Numbered from the stretch's first letter, positions 1-8,960 are shown. The stretch is 64,000 nucleotides of DNA from Candidatus Micrarchaeota archaeon (GCA_041305385.1 JBFYLO010000030.1:794-64793), one strand, 5' to 3'. A program made the numbers and translations. The notes: generated by a model not told the origin, from the sequence alone.

Positions 1-704
1 GCTTCCCTGTTCAATGAATAGAGCGACTGGAGAAGCTCCTGGCTCCTCCCCACTGCAAACGCAGGGAGGAGGACGTTGCCTCCGTTCTCGAGAGTGTTCC
101 TCACCTCGGAAGAGAGCCTCTTCTCAAGCTCCCTTCTCGGTGGATGGTTTCTCTGGGAGTATGTAGTCTCGGTAATCAGGATGTCTGCTTTCGGGACATC
201 GGCGCCCTTTTCCAGCCTCGTGGGCTCGAGCTTTAGGTCTCCGGTGTAGAGCAGGGAGCGCTTCCCCATCTCAAGGTGGACAAGGGCCGAGCCGGTTATG
301 TGCCCGGCATCATGGAGGGTCAGCCTGGCCCCCTGCACCTCGAACCCCGCCCCGTATTCGAGAGGGGAGAAATGCTTGAACGCCTTCTTGTAGCTCGAAG
401 TCCTGAAGGGGACCCGCTCCTGGATTTTGATGGAGTCCTTTATGAGGAGTTCGGAGAGAAGGGCTGTCGGGTAGGTGGCGAAAAATGGGCACGCGTAGTG
501 GTCGTAGACTGCGGGGAGAAAACCGGAGTGGTCCAGGTGTGCGTGGGAGATTATGACCGCGTCCAGTCCGTCCTTGACCTTGAGCGGGTATTCGGTGCCC
601 TCGTAAATCTTGATCCCGTAGTCGAGGAGGGCGCGGAAACCGTTGTCGACGAGGATGGCGCTTCTCCCGACCTCGCCTGCTCCGCCCAAGAACGTAAGCT
701 CCAT
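1..704 (-). CDS. MBL-fold beta-CASP ribonuclease (aCPSF2/RNase J-like), N-terminal part; the gene runs off the window start
   Basis: My own translation of a minus-strand frame that is absent from the ORF track because it has no in-window stop: MELTFLGGAGEVGRSAILVDNGFRALLDYGIKIY...AVIISHAHLDHSGFLPAVYDHY...GHITGSALVHLEMGKRSLLYTGDLK. It carries the HxHxDH metallo-beta-lactamase motif, and the ATG is at 702–704. Confidence 0.6.
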   Translation of the reverse strand, partial: MELTFLGGAGEVGRSAILVDNGFRALLDYGIKIYEGTEYPLKVKDGLDAVIISHAHLDHSGFLPAVYDHYACPFFATYPTALLSELLIKDSIKIQERVPFRTSSYKKAFKHFSPLEYGAGFEVQGARLTLHDAGHITGSALVHLEMGKRSLLYTGDLKLEPTRLEKGADVPKADILITETTYSQRNHPPRRELEKRLSSEVRNTLENGGNVLLPAFAVGRSQELLQSLYSLNRE

Positions 705-740
705 TAGAAAACCACTTCGAAATAAATTCAATCAATAGGT

Positions 741-748
741 ATTTAAAC
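741..748 (+). promoter_or_regulatory. TATA-like box (atttaaac) about 24 bp upstream of the GTG start at 769
   Basis: AT-rich box at the archaeal TATA distance for a leaderless transcript. Confidence 0.3.
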
Positions 749-768
749 GTTAACAAGTATTTTCTTTC

Positions 769-1449
769 GTGACACCTGGTGAACAGAAGGAACTGACTTT
801 CCTCGACTTGATAGTGCTCCAGAGGATAGGGCCAGACACGACGCTCGAGCGCTTCGGCTCGAAGATAAACTCCTCTTTTTTCGAGGCTGCCAACATCCTC
901 GGGACCATAAAGCTGAAGGGCTATGTGGACATAGACTCGGCCCTTGGGGCAAGCAAGGTCGCCCTCTCGGATGCTGGGAAGGCAGTGCTCGCCACTGCCG
1001 AGGAGAAGAGCGCCGGGGAGATAGACGGGCTCGACAAGGGAATCCTCGGGGCCATTTCAAAGGGGATGAAGGACCCTGAAAAAATCGCGGAGAGGCTCAA
1101 CATAAGGAGCGGGGACCTCGCGTTTCATCTTTACAAGCTGGTGAAAACCAACCACATCGATTACGACCTCAGGTCCGGAAGAGTATCGCTCATGCTCACT
1201 GAGAGTGGCTTCAAGGATGCTGACAGGGGGGAAGAAGAGCCTGCGCCTGAAGAGGAGATTGGGAAGGAGCTTGCAGACGGGCCGAAGGAACCCGGGATGA
1301 GGGAAAAGAAACTTGACATAGGGGCCGAGAGGACCAGGAGCAAAGCATCGTATTATATGAAGAAATGGGGCAAATACAGCGTAATCCTTTTCGTAGTCAT
1401 CGTGGTCATCATTCTCGCGCTGATTTGGCTCTTTCTGAACAGCAGGTGA
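769..1449 (+). CDS. hypothetical protein with a C-terminal TM anchor (GTG start)
   Basis: 226-aa ORF with a charged, helical N-terminal part and a C-terminal hydrophobic segment KYSVILFVVIVVIILALIWLF. Confidence 0.45.
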   Translation: MTPGEQKELTFLDLIVLQRIGPDTTLERFGSKINSSFFEAANILGTIKLKGYVDIDSALGASKVALSDAGKAVLATAEEKSAGEIDGLDKGILGAISKGMKDPEKIAERLNIRSGDLAFHLYKLVKTNHIDYDLRSGRVSLMLTESGFKDADRGEEEPAPEEEIGKELADGPKEPGMREKKLDIGAERTRSKASYYMKKWGKYSVILFVVIVVIILALIWLFLNSR

Positions 1450-1472
1450 TTGGAGTGGATGCCGCGCCGGTG

Positions 1473-1832
1473 ATGATGAATCTCCCGCTATTCCTGGGCG
1501 CGCTCGCCATTACCCTGATAGTCGAGCTGATGGCTTCAGCCGCATTCCTGTCGATGAAAAGAATCCGGGACAAACAAATCCTGGAATATGTCGTAATCGT
1601 GAACCTCATCACGATGCCGGTCGGGATTTACCTGTTCCCGATTCTGTTCACCGGGGTTGCGCTGACAATACTCGCCGAAGTGTTCGCCATCGCGCTCGAG
1701 GCTGTTCTGCTCCATCTCGTGAGCAAAGAGCTCTCAATGAAGAACGCATTCGCCCTGAGCATTCTCATGAACTTGGGAAGCTTCTTCATCGGCGGGGCAA
1801 TTTTCGGCTACCTGGATGCGACGGTGCTTTGA
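1473..1832 (+). CDS. small polytopic membrane protein (4-TM module)
   Basis: Start trimmed to MMNLPLF to avoid overlap with the upstream gene. Hydrophobic helices. Paralogous to the C-terminal domain of the 1829..2629 product (SILMNLGSFFIGGAIFGYL versus SFLMNAVSLFIGGFVYVFL). Confidence 0.45.
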   Translation: MMNLPLFLGALAITLIVELMASAAFLSMKRIRDKQILEYVVIVNLITMPVGIYLFPILFTGVALTILAEVFAIALEAVLLHLVSKELSMKNAFALSILMNLGSFFIGGAIFGYLDATVL

Positions 1833-2629
1833 TGAACAGAGCGCTTGGATTGCTGGCGCTTCTAATGCTCTTTTCCCAGTTTGCTTGTGCTGATACGGGC
1901 CCGATTCCCTCGATGACTTTTTATCTCGATTATGAGACTTCGAAGCCCGTAACGCTGATGACTAGCGGTAATTCGCAGATAGAGTGCTCTGATAAGGATT
2001 GCATCGATGGCAAGCCACTCGCGCAAATGGGACCTTACGGGTTCAGCTGCGATAGGAACAACCAATGCTTTTCTAGGGGGGACGGTATATCGATAGAGTA
2101 TGCATATCCAGGAAATTACCACAAGCTTGTGTTGAATTTTTCCGACGCTGTGCGCGAGAGCAATGTGTTTATCGCGGAGAGCGATAAGTACCATGTGGTT
2201 TTCAATGTTCGGGTGACTGACACCGGGTTGATTGTGAGCGAGATTAAGCCGCCAATCTCAGAACAGAGTTCCTTTCCCTTGGCCCTGTGTATAACAATTA
2301 TTTTGGAACTGGTTGTCGCAGTGCTGTTCCTTTTGGCGACTAATTCTGGAAAGGGCTTCGACAGGATTCTGGCTTCAGTCATGGTCGTGAATCTTGTCTC
2401 ATTGCCCTTCGTGTGGTTTGTGTTCCCGCCCCTCTTTCCGGGAATTGCTGCCATTGTACTGGCTGAGCTTTTCGCACTTGTTTTCGAGGCAGGCGCGATA
2501 TTCTTCGCAAACAAGCAATTCATAACTCTCAAGCGGGCGTTTATTCTAAGTTTTTTGATGAACGCGGTAAGCCTATTCATTGGTGGCTTCGTTTATGTGT
2601 TTCTTAGTCCGATGTTCGTTTCGGCATAG
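1829..2629 (+). CDS. secreted Cys-containing domain fused to a 4-TM membrane module
   Basis: Sec-type signal MMNRALGLLALLMLFSQFACA, an extracellular domain with several Cys, and a C-terminal 4-TM domain paralogous to the 1473..1832 product. ATGA overlap with the previous gene. Confidence 0.5.
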   Translation: MMNRALGLLALLMLFSQFACADTGPIPSMTFYLDYETSKPVTLMTSGNSQIECSDKDCIDGKPLAQMGPYGFSCDRNNQCFSRGDGISIEYAYPGNYHKLVLNFSDAVRESNVFIAESDKYHVVFNVRVTDTGLIVSEIKPPISEQSSFPLALCITIILELVVAVLFLLATNSGKGFDRILASVMVVNLVSLPFVWFVFPPLFPGIAAIVLAELFALVFEAGAIFFANKQFITLKRAFILSFLMNAVSLFIGGFVYVFLSPMFVSA

Positions 2630-2659
2630 TTTTTAAATAACCTCGCGCAATCCTAGTTC

Positions 2660-3088
2660 ATGAAAGCGCAGGCAGCTGTCGAACTCCTCATAGTCCTCGC
2701 CATAGCCATGACGATGCTCGGGGCGGTGGTGATGACGGGCTCAAGGCAGCTCGCTCATGGCCAGACGATGCTGAGGCTCTCCCAGGCGAGGTCCGCTGTC
2801 AATGACATAGCGAATGCCGCCGATGTGGTTTACAAGGAAGGCGAGGGCTCGGTCAGGAAGGTAAGGATTACGATTCCCGATGCAGTTGACCCCGAAAGGG
2901 TCTTTGTTGACGGCAAGTTCGCGAACATCGGGGTTTATGTCGAGGGGGGAAACAGCGACGTGAATGCCATGAGCATTGCGGAGATGAGGGGGAAGCTGCC
3001 CTCGGAGCCAGGAACCTACTGGATTTACGTGGGAGCGAGGAGCGGCTGCGTTGTTGTCGGACCCGACATAACGGGTCTCGGTTGCTGA
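2660..3088 (+). CDS. pilin-like protein with a class III signal peptide (minor pilin candidate)
   Basis: N-terminus MKAQAAVELLIVLAIAMTMLGAVVM: a short basic N-region, then A/Q, then a hydrophobic helix. Confidence 0.55.
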   Translation: MKAQAAVELLIVLAIAMTMLGAVVMTGSRQLAHGQTMLRLSQARSAVNDIANAADVVYKEGEGSVRKVRITIPDAVDPERVFVDGKFANIGVYVEGGNSDVNAMSIAEMRGKLPSEPGTYWIYVGARSGCVVVGPDITGLGC

Positions 3089-3097
3089 GGTATTTGA

Positions 3098-3652
3098 ATG
3101 CGGGCGCAGGTGAGCGGCTCTGTAGAAAATCTAGGGAGCAGCACTGCCCCCAATTGCGGCTGTCCGCCCGGGCGGACAGGTCGGCTCCCGGGAGCCGACC
3201 ACTTGCGCTTCGGGCGCAAGTGCCGCGGTGCAGTGCTGCCGGGGCATTTCTACAGGGCGCAGGTGAGCGTTGACTTCATAATCGCTTCCCTCGTGGTGAT
3301 GTCGCTCTTCTCGATTGTTTTCGGCCTCTACATCACGAAGAGCAGGGGCGTTGGGGAGGTGATGTCCAGCCTCGAGGCGCAGAGATTGGGCGATAGAATC
3401 GCCTGGAACATCAATGAAGTCTCGAGGGCGGGCGATGGTGCCAGGGCCGAGGTCTTCATCCCGAATGCGATTTGGGGCGAACAGTATTACGTATCCGTAG
3501 AGGGCAGGTGGACAGAGGTGGTCTGGAACCACGGCGGCTCCGAGAACCATCTCTCGGTTCCATTGATGACGAATAATACGAGGGGCGGGATTTTCAACCC
3601 GAACACGAGGCTCGAGATAAAGAACGAGGGTGGAATTGTTGAAATCTCTTAA
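3098..3652 (+). CDS. pilin-like gene with a 153-bp in-frame insertion between codons 6 and 7
   Basis: Reads MRAQVS–(51 inserted codons)–RAQVSVDFIIASLVVMSLFSIVFGLYI. The inferred ancestral N-terminus MRAQVSVDFIIASL is a typical class III signal. Confidence 0.45.
   Translation: MRAQVSGSVENLGSSTAPNCGCPPGRTGRLPGADHLRFGRKCRGAVLPGHFYRAQVSVDFIIASLVVMSLFSIVFGLYITKSRGVGEVMSSLEAQRLGDRIAWNINEVSRAGDGARAEVFIPNAIWGEQYYVSVEGRWTEVVWNHGGSENHLSVPLMTNNTRGGIFNPNTRLEIKNEGGIVEIS
3102..3269. mobile_element. MITE-like 153-bp insertion flanked by 15-bp direct repeats (gggcgcaggtgagcg), with imperfect terminal inverted repeats and three internal GC-rich palindromes
   Basis: Direct repeats at 3102–3116 and 3255–3269. 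Termini ctgtagaaa... / ...tttctacag, with an internal inverted gcagcactgc/gcagtgctgc. Perfect palindromes gtccgcccgggcggac, gtcggctcccgggagccgac and cttgcgc-ttcgg-gcgcaag. Confidence 0.4.
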
Positions 3653-4160
3653 GGCACAGGTTTTCTCATACGATTTGGTGTTCGCGCTTATGGCAATCGC
3701 CTTCCTTCTCTGGTATTCCTTCAACGCCTCCAATGCCCTGGGGGAGAAGATAGAGTCCTCGGAACAGGAAGCTCGGATGGCCGAGGTTGCCCAGTCCGCA
3801 TTCGTCCAGCTGACTGAAAGCCCTGGCGACCCTTCGAACTGGGGTGATTTGGGGGCGAGCAGCATCGGGCTTGCTGAGAGCAAAGGGGTTTTGGACAGGG
3901 GAAAGGTCGAGCGGTTTGCAGCGCTCGCAGGGGATTCCGAGAGGTATGACGGAGCAAGGGCGATGCTTTCATTCAACAGGCAGGGCGGGGCTTATTTGTT
4001 CAACTTCAAGGTCAGCGAAATCAGCGGAAGCGAGATTTACTCAATCGGGCCGAAGGAACCCGGGGCATCGGTAGCCCTGGTCTCAAATGTAATGGCAATG
4101 GACGGAAGGCTCGTGAGGGCCTCCCTGAGGGTTTGGGACATAGGCGAGGGGACTGGATGA
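3630..4160 (+). CDS. pilin-like protein with a class III signal peptide
   Basis: MELLKSLKAQVFSYDLVFALMAIAFLLWYSF. The KAQV motif is shared with the 3098 gene. Confidence 0.5.
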   Translation: MELLKSLKAQVFSYDLVFALMAIAFLLWYSFNASNALGEKIESSEQEARMAEVAQSAFVQLTESPGDPSNWGDLGASSIGLAESKGVLDRGKVERFAALAGDSERYDGARAMLSFNRQGGAYLFNFKVSEISGSEIYSIGPKEPGASVALVSNVMAMDGRLVRASLRVWDIGEGTG

Positions 4161-4537
4161 AAGGATTTGTCTTCACATTCGACGCGCTTTTCGCGGCAGT
4201 CATAGGCATAACCCTGGCGCTCTCGTTCTATCTGATGCTCGATGAGATAAAGCCGATTCAAGCGCATGCGCCTGTGGAAAAGGACTTGCTCGCTGCGCTT
4301 GAAAAAACAGGAAAACTGGAAACAATGAGTGGGAAGGAGCTGGCGAACGCCCTTTCCAAACACAACAGGTGCGGAAGCCTGGTTCTCAAGATAAATGGCG
4401 TTGTCGAGAGGGAAGCAGTTGCCTGCCCTTGCGATGACTCGGGGGAGTTTTATTCCGGCGTGAGAAGCTTCGTCAGGAGTTCAGGAGGGGTTCAGGAATA
4501 CGGGGTTGCCGTCCTAAGGACGTGCCTGAGGGATTAG
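4157..4537 (+). CDS. pilin-like protein (KG/FxFTxD-type class III signal)
   Basis: Start chosen at MKGFVFTFDALFAAVIGITLALSF, which makes an ATGA overlap with the upstream stop. The motif is shared with the 4538, 48567 and 52265 products. Confidence 0.5.
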   Translation: MKGFVFTFDALFAAVIGITLALSFYLMLDEIKPIQAHAPVEKDLLAALEKTGKLETMSGKELANALSKHNRCGSLVLKINGVVEREAVACPCDDSGEFYSGVRSFVRSSGGVQEYGVAVLRTCLRD

Positions 4538-5344
4538 ATGAAAAGGGGGTTTGTCTTCACAATCGCGTTTTCGCTGTTCTTCCTGATGCTTCTCTATTCC
4601 GCGGCCTTTTACAAGAACATGGGGGAGATGAGGCGGGGGGCCCTCGAATCCGCGGACATCAGCAAAGAAAATTATGTTGCCGATGACGTTGGATACGACT
4701 ACCTGGCGATTTGGGGAATGAAGACCGGGCTCGCCAGGGATGTGAGGCTCCGCTGGACTGTCGAGGACAGAATACCCGCAAATGGAGACATGGAGAGCAC
4801 GTTGAAAGTTTATGAGGAATTCGTGGCGGGGGAGTATTCGAGGACGAACAACATTAATGCCAAGGCGGAGCTGGACAGGACGGGCGAGCTGAGGCTTGAG
4901 CCCCAGGGAATTGTTTACAGGCACTCGGGGAATGATTTGATTGTCGATGGAGTGGTTTCCGAGTACCAAGTTAAGGGAAGATTAACTAAAACCTGCGGGG
5001 GCGGGTGCTCGGGCTCTGGAAATTGGGAGTGGGGGAGCGCGGGAGAAGGACCGTTTGTTTCGCTCGAACTGGTTGATGCAAATGGGAGCAGGGTAGACAT
5101 TCTTGGGAAAACGAGCGGATATGTCAGGCTGAATGGGACGAGCACTGCATATGTTCCTCTTGGGAACGGGGGACTGGAGATAAGGCTTTCGAGCAGGCAG
5201 TTGAGAATCGTGTTCACGAACTCTGGCGCGGAAGTCAAGACCACTGTTTCAATTGCGAGCAACGAGCCTGCGGTTGTTTATGCCCCGGTGAGGCTGACAG
5301 TTGGGGACAGGGTTTTTGAGAAGATAGTCCTGATTGAGAAATAG
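4538..5344 (+). CDS. pilin-like protein (KRG/FxFT-type class III signal)
   Basis: MKRGFVFTIAFSLFFLMLLYSAAF, 268 aa, starting immediately after the upstream stop. Confidence 0.55.
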   Translation: MKRGFVFTIAFSLFFLMLLYSAAFYKNMGEMRRGALESADISKENYVADDVGYDYLAIWGMKTGLARDVRLRWTVEDRIPANGDMESTLKVYEEFVAGEYSRTNNINAKAELDRTGELRLEPQGIVYRHSGNDLIVDGVVSEYQVKGRLTKTCGGGCSGSGNWEWGSAGEGPFVSLELVDANGSRVDILGKTSGYVRLNGTSTAYVPLGNGGLEIRLSSRQLRIVFTNSGAEVKTTVSIASNEPAVVYAPVRLTVGDRVFEKIVLIEK

Positions 5345-5412
5345 GGAACAGAAGATAATGGCTGGCCCAAGGTATAAAAAGAAAAAGAACCATTGATTAT
5401 GCAGGCGAAGCC

Positions 5413-6258
5413 ATGTGGTTGCTCTTTCAATCCGAAGCGTATAAAACCGGGTCCAAAGCAGAACGGGAACTCGTTGCGCCCCTAAAAGTAAGAGACGCCT
5501 TGGCACTGAAGAAAAATGAACTTAGAAACGCCCAGCCCATGGTAGAGGCCGTGGAAACCAAGAAAAAGGAATTGATTGCGTTTCTCAGACCTTACATGAA
5601 AGACGGGAAGGACCCGGAAGAGATGCTAACGAGGATAACCAGTATAGACGCCAGATGGAGAAAGAGGATGGACGATGCTAAGGCAAGGCTCGATGCTCTT
5701 TCGCCTGAAGATTGGATTGACGGACATGATGCGCCTGCCACCATGTATGACCCACACCTTGTGCCGTCTAAAGCGAGGCTAATTTTGGATGAAATGGAGG
5801 ACATCAGAAAACGCTATGACCTGGAGACCGGGGACGTGCGGGATGAATACGTGAGGTTTAACCTGGGGGATTATTGGAACTCTCTGAAAGAGCTGGACTT
5901 CAAGGGTATGGCGAAGGCAGTTGTTATGATGGTTGGTGGGGGGGCGGCTATGGGGGCAATCGCCGGTCCTAGCCTGAATGCGCTCGTAGGTTATTCTTTA
6001 CTTGGTGGCGGCGGTTCTGTTTTTGGTGCAGCCATTGCAGGTGCAGGTTTAGGGGCCAGCGTTGCCGGCGCAGGTGTAGCGTGCTTTGCCGTGATAGGTT
6101 TGATAGCGGGATATTTCGTCACCCGAACGGCAACTCGCCTTAAAATTTTAGAACAGCTCGAGAAGGAGAACGTAATCCTCGGGGCTGACGCGATGTGGCG
6201 AAGGTGCATGGAAGTCCGGGAAAAGCTTGATACTGCCAATGAGACGCGCAATCAGTAA
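5413..6258 (+). CDS. hypothetical protein with a Gly/Ala-rich C-terminal TM segment, in a lower-GC region
   Basis: 281-aa ORF with a helical, charged N-terminal part and a GGGAAMGAIAGPS...GAGLGASVAGAGVACFAVIGLIAGYFV hydrophobic block. Local GC is visibly lower than in neighbouring genes. Confidence 0.4.
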   Translation: MWLLFQSEAYKTGSKAERELVAPLKVRDALALKKNELRNAQPMVEAVETKKKELIAFLRPYMKDGKDPEEMLTRITSIDARWRKRMDDAKARLDALSPEDWIDGHDAPATMYDPHLVPSKARLILDEMEDIRKRYDLETGDVRDEYVRFNLGDYWNSLKELDFKGMAKAVVMMVGGGAAMGAIAGPSLNALVGYSLLGGGGSVFGAAIAGAGLGASVAGAGVACFAVIGLIAGYFVTRTATRLKILEQLEKENVILGADAMWRRCMEVREKLDTANETRNQ

Positions 6259-6376
6259 GGGAGCTAGCGGGCCATTAAGACTCCTATTTGGTTAGTTGGT
6301 GGTTTGCGAAGAATTCCCCCCAAGTAGAGGTCTGATGTGTTAGTTGCCAGCTAGTAAGCATAGTTCAATAAAACTT

Positions 6377-6826
6377 TTACTCGCAGGTCCCGACCAATGG
6401 GTTCTGGCCCCTAAATGTAAACGTCCTGCCTGTGCTCGGGTCGATGTAAACAATCTGCACGTTGTAGGAGTATTGCTCGCCTATGATGCACGAATGGCCC
6501 GAGACATTGACATTCGCGGTGAGCCCGGGGGGAATCGTAACCATCTCCGGAGCCATCATGCCGGAATTGTCAATGAGCACATTCTTGATTCTCACCGCAA
6601 AGGGCCTGTTGTTTTTTACTGTGAGCTCGGCGATGGCTGGGGAGATTTTGTAGTTAGGAAGGACCCCGACATCGGCGATGCTGCCCCAATAGGCCTCGCT
6701 CTGCTGGCGGGTTATTCCCCCTGAGAGCCCCTGGAAGCCCCCGAGGACTCCGACGACAATCAGGGCTATGATAACCACAACTGCGAGGATAATCAGGTAC
6801 TCTGTCGCCGCCTGTGCACGCCTCAA
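6377..6826 (-). CDS. pilin-like protein with a class III signal peptide
   Basis: MRRAQAATEYLIILAVVVIIALIVVGVL. A TATA-like tatttataaag lies about 30 bp upstream on the minus strand. Confidence 0.55.
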   Translation of the reverse strand: MRRAQAATEYLIILAVVVIIALIVVGVLGGFQGLSGGITRQQSEAYWGSIADVGVLPNYKISPAIAELTVKNNRPFAVRIKNVLIDNSGMMAPEMVTIPPGLTANVNVSGHSCIIGEQYSYNVQIVYIDPSTGRTFTFRGQNPLVGTCE

Positions 6827-6849
6827 ACATTCACCAAATGGACTTTCGC

Positions 6850-6945
6850 TTCTCTATTTATAAAGCTTTTTGGTCGAGGCAGCTTTTCCGATAGATATTT
6901 ATTTCTTGAAAAAAGAAGCATAACCCTCTTCAAAGGGAGGCGGTT
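6850..6945. promoter_or_regulatory. divergent promoter region between the 6377..6826 pilin (minus) and PEP carboxykinase (plus)
   Basis: Two AT-rich TATA-like boxes (tatttataaag, gatatttatttc) and an SD-like gggagg 7 nt before the ATG at 6948. Confidence 0.3.
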
Positions 6946-6947
6946 GG

Positions 6948-8906
6948 ATGGAACCCATTTTCTCGGAGATTGCACGCGGCGTTCTCGAGAGCGCGAGGTC
7001 TGACAAACGGATTTCTTCTGACCTGAAGCTGATTCGCGGGATTGCTGAAAAGGATTCGACCACCTGCTCCGCCCGCGGAACTCCCGATGCTTTGACTGAA
7101 AAGAAAAGCCACGCTTACATAAGTAAGATTACCTCGAGGAGCGCTCCCCAGACCAGGGTGTTCCTGGGGAATCCTGACGAGGAGGCGGTTTCCCTTGCGA
7201 GGGCTGCAGCCGAATACCTGAAAAAGGAAAAGGTCGAGCTCTTGCAGATGGACAGGCAGATGGGCCTTCACCCGAAACACTCGACCCACTGCAGAACCGT
7301 GGTGACAAAGCCCTATGCCCGCCTGCTGGCGATGTGGGACAAGCTCCTGTTCAAAGTTGACGAGAATGGGGAGGAGCCTCAGCAGACGATTATTTTTGTC
7401 CCTGAGTTTAGCGAAGTTGCGCCCAGGTATGCGCCGGGTTGGGCTGAGAAGCAGAAGGCTGATGGAAAGCCCCTCAGGCGAATCGTTGTTGACGCCGATG
7501 CAGGAGTGACGTTTGTTCTTGGAAGCGACTACTTCGGGGAGGTAAAGAAGGGCCATCTCAGGATGGCGATGTATAAGGAAAAAGTCTTGTTCAAGAAGAG
7601 CGAAGGGAAAGAGGGCGGGCTCGGGGTCCACGCAGGCGGGAAAGTCATAAGGGCGAAGGATTCGAAAACTGGAAAGATTAGGGACCTGGGCGCCATATTC
7701 TTCGGACTGAGCGGAACAGGAAAAACGAGCCTCTCGGTCCACCACTTCTGGCTCGAATCGGGCGGGGAGCGGGTAATCATAAGGCAGGATGACTTCTTCG
7801 TTCTAGACAAGGATGCAAAAGCATACGGGACCGAGGACAACGCTTACATAAAAACCGAGGGTCTTGAACCAGAAGGCCAGCCGCTCCTCTATCAGGGCGC
7901 GATGAGGGAGAGCGCTGTTCTCGAGAACGTTCATGTGGACCCGAAGACGGGGAAAATCGACTTCTTCAAGTACGACCACCCGTTCACTCCGAGCAAGAAA
8001 TGCCTGAATGGGCGCGGAATCGTGGTCCGGAGCGAGCTTGTGGACGAGAACGGAGTTAGGCAGGCTGACGAGAAGATTGACCTGGATTCCGTTGATTTGG
8101 TGTTCTTCATAACCAGAAGGGACACCATTGTCCCCCCCGTTGCCAGGCTCCACAAGGACCAGGCTGCTGCGTTCTTCATGCTTGGGGAATCGGTGCTGAC
8201 TTCCGCCGCTGACCCGGTCAGGGCCGGTCAGTCAGTGCGAGAGGTCGGAACCAACCCGTTCATCGTCGGTTCTGAGGGGGAGGAAGGGAATATCTTCCAC
8301 GACATCTGCGAAAAGAACCCGAAAATGCAGTGCTATTTGCTGAACACCGGAAGCTTTGGGGGAAGGACTCTCGAAATCGGGAGGGGAAAGCTTTCTGAAA
8401 CCGAATTCTTGGACTCTGCCGAGAGATTTTCGAAAGGAATTGAGCACCCGAAAGCAGGGAAGCCTGTGGCCCAGAAGGCGAATGGAAAGGAAATCCATTA
8501 CAAGGCCAGGCTCGTGAAGGTCGAGGCTGAGCACAGAGGCGAACGGATCAAGGACCCGAAGGCACTGGGGGCCCTGCTGGAAAAAGCTAGGAAGGGCGAC
8601 GTGAAGGCGGGCGAGGTCGATGTTTACGAGTATGCGCTCCTTGTTGCTGAAAAGATAACTGTCCAGGACTCGTGCACTGTCATCAGGGAGATTGCGAGGG
8701 GGAGCGTGAAATGGGAGAACGAAAAGCACTGGGGCTACGAGGTCGCAAAGGAAATCCCGGGGGTGGACCTGGGAAGATTCGACTGGAGGAAATATTACTC
8801 GAATGAAGAGCATGCTTCGATGATTGCGGAGCTGAGGAAGGAAAGAAGGGAATGGTTAGCGAAATTCCCCGAACTGAAGAAGGGCATAAGAGATGCGATA
8901 CGATAG
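6948..8906 (+). CDS. pckA: phosphoenolpyruvate carboxykinase (ATP), divergent, with an N-terminal extension
   Basis: Kinase-1a motif AIFFGLSGTGKTSLS and the upstream YFGEVKKGHLRMAMY block typical of ATP-type PEPCK. 652 aa. Confidence 0.6.
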   Translation: MEPIFSEIARGVLESARSDKRISSDLKLIRGIAEKDSTTCSARGTPDALTEKKSHAYISKITSRSAPQTRVFLGNPDEEAVSLARAAAEYLKKEKVELLQMDRQMGLHPKHSTHCRTVVTKPYARLLAMWDKLLFKVDENGEEPQQTIIFVPEFSEVAPRYAPGWAEKQKADGKPLRRIVVDADAGVTFVLGSDYFGEVKKGHLRMAMYKEKVLFKKSEGKEGGLGVHAGGKVIRAKDSKTGKIRDLGAIFFGLSGTGKTSLSVHHFWLESGGERVIIRQDDFFVLDKDAKAYGTEDNAYIKTEGLEPEGQPLLYQGAMRESAVLENVHVDPKTGKIDFFKYDHPFTPSKKCLNGRGIVVRSELVDENGVRQADEKIDLDSVDLVFFITRRDTIVPPVARLHKDQAAAFFMLGESVLTSAADPVRAGQSVREVGTNPFIVGSEGEEGNIFHDICEKNPKMQCYLLNTGSFGGRTLEIGRGKLSETEFLDSAERFSKGIEHPKAGKPVAQKANGKEIHYKARLVKVEAEHRGERIKDPKALGALLEKARKGDVKAGEVDVYEYALLVAEKITVQDSCTVIREIARGSVKWENEKHWGYEVAKEIPGVDLGRFDWRKYYSNEEHASMIAELRKERREWLAKFPELKKGIRDAIR

Positions 8907-8960
8907 GGGGCCACTATCCTGTAAGCTATAAATACTCGATTTTACATAATAGATTATCTA

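Noticed and set aside
276-756. Track ORFs 276..707 (+) and 310..756 (−)
   Set aside because: Both are low-complexity (Arg/Pro/Gly-rich). The third minus-strand frame encodes a clean MBL/beta-CASP RNase domain, so these are shadow ORFs of that gene.
3098-3265. Treating the 51 extra codons as a genuine N-terminal extension of the pilin
   Set aside because: Class III signal peptides need a short basic N-region directly before the cleavage site. The segment is flanked by exact 15-bp direct repeats and has TIR-like ends, so insertion is more parsimonious. This remains unproven without comparative data.
6930-7745. 271-aa minus-strand ORF opposite pckA
   Set aside because: Antisense shadow. The pckA frame carries the diagnostic GLSGTGKT motif.
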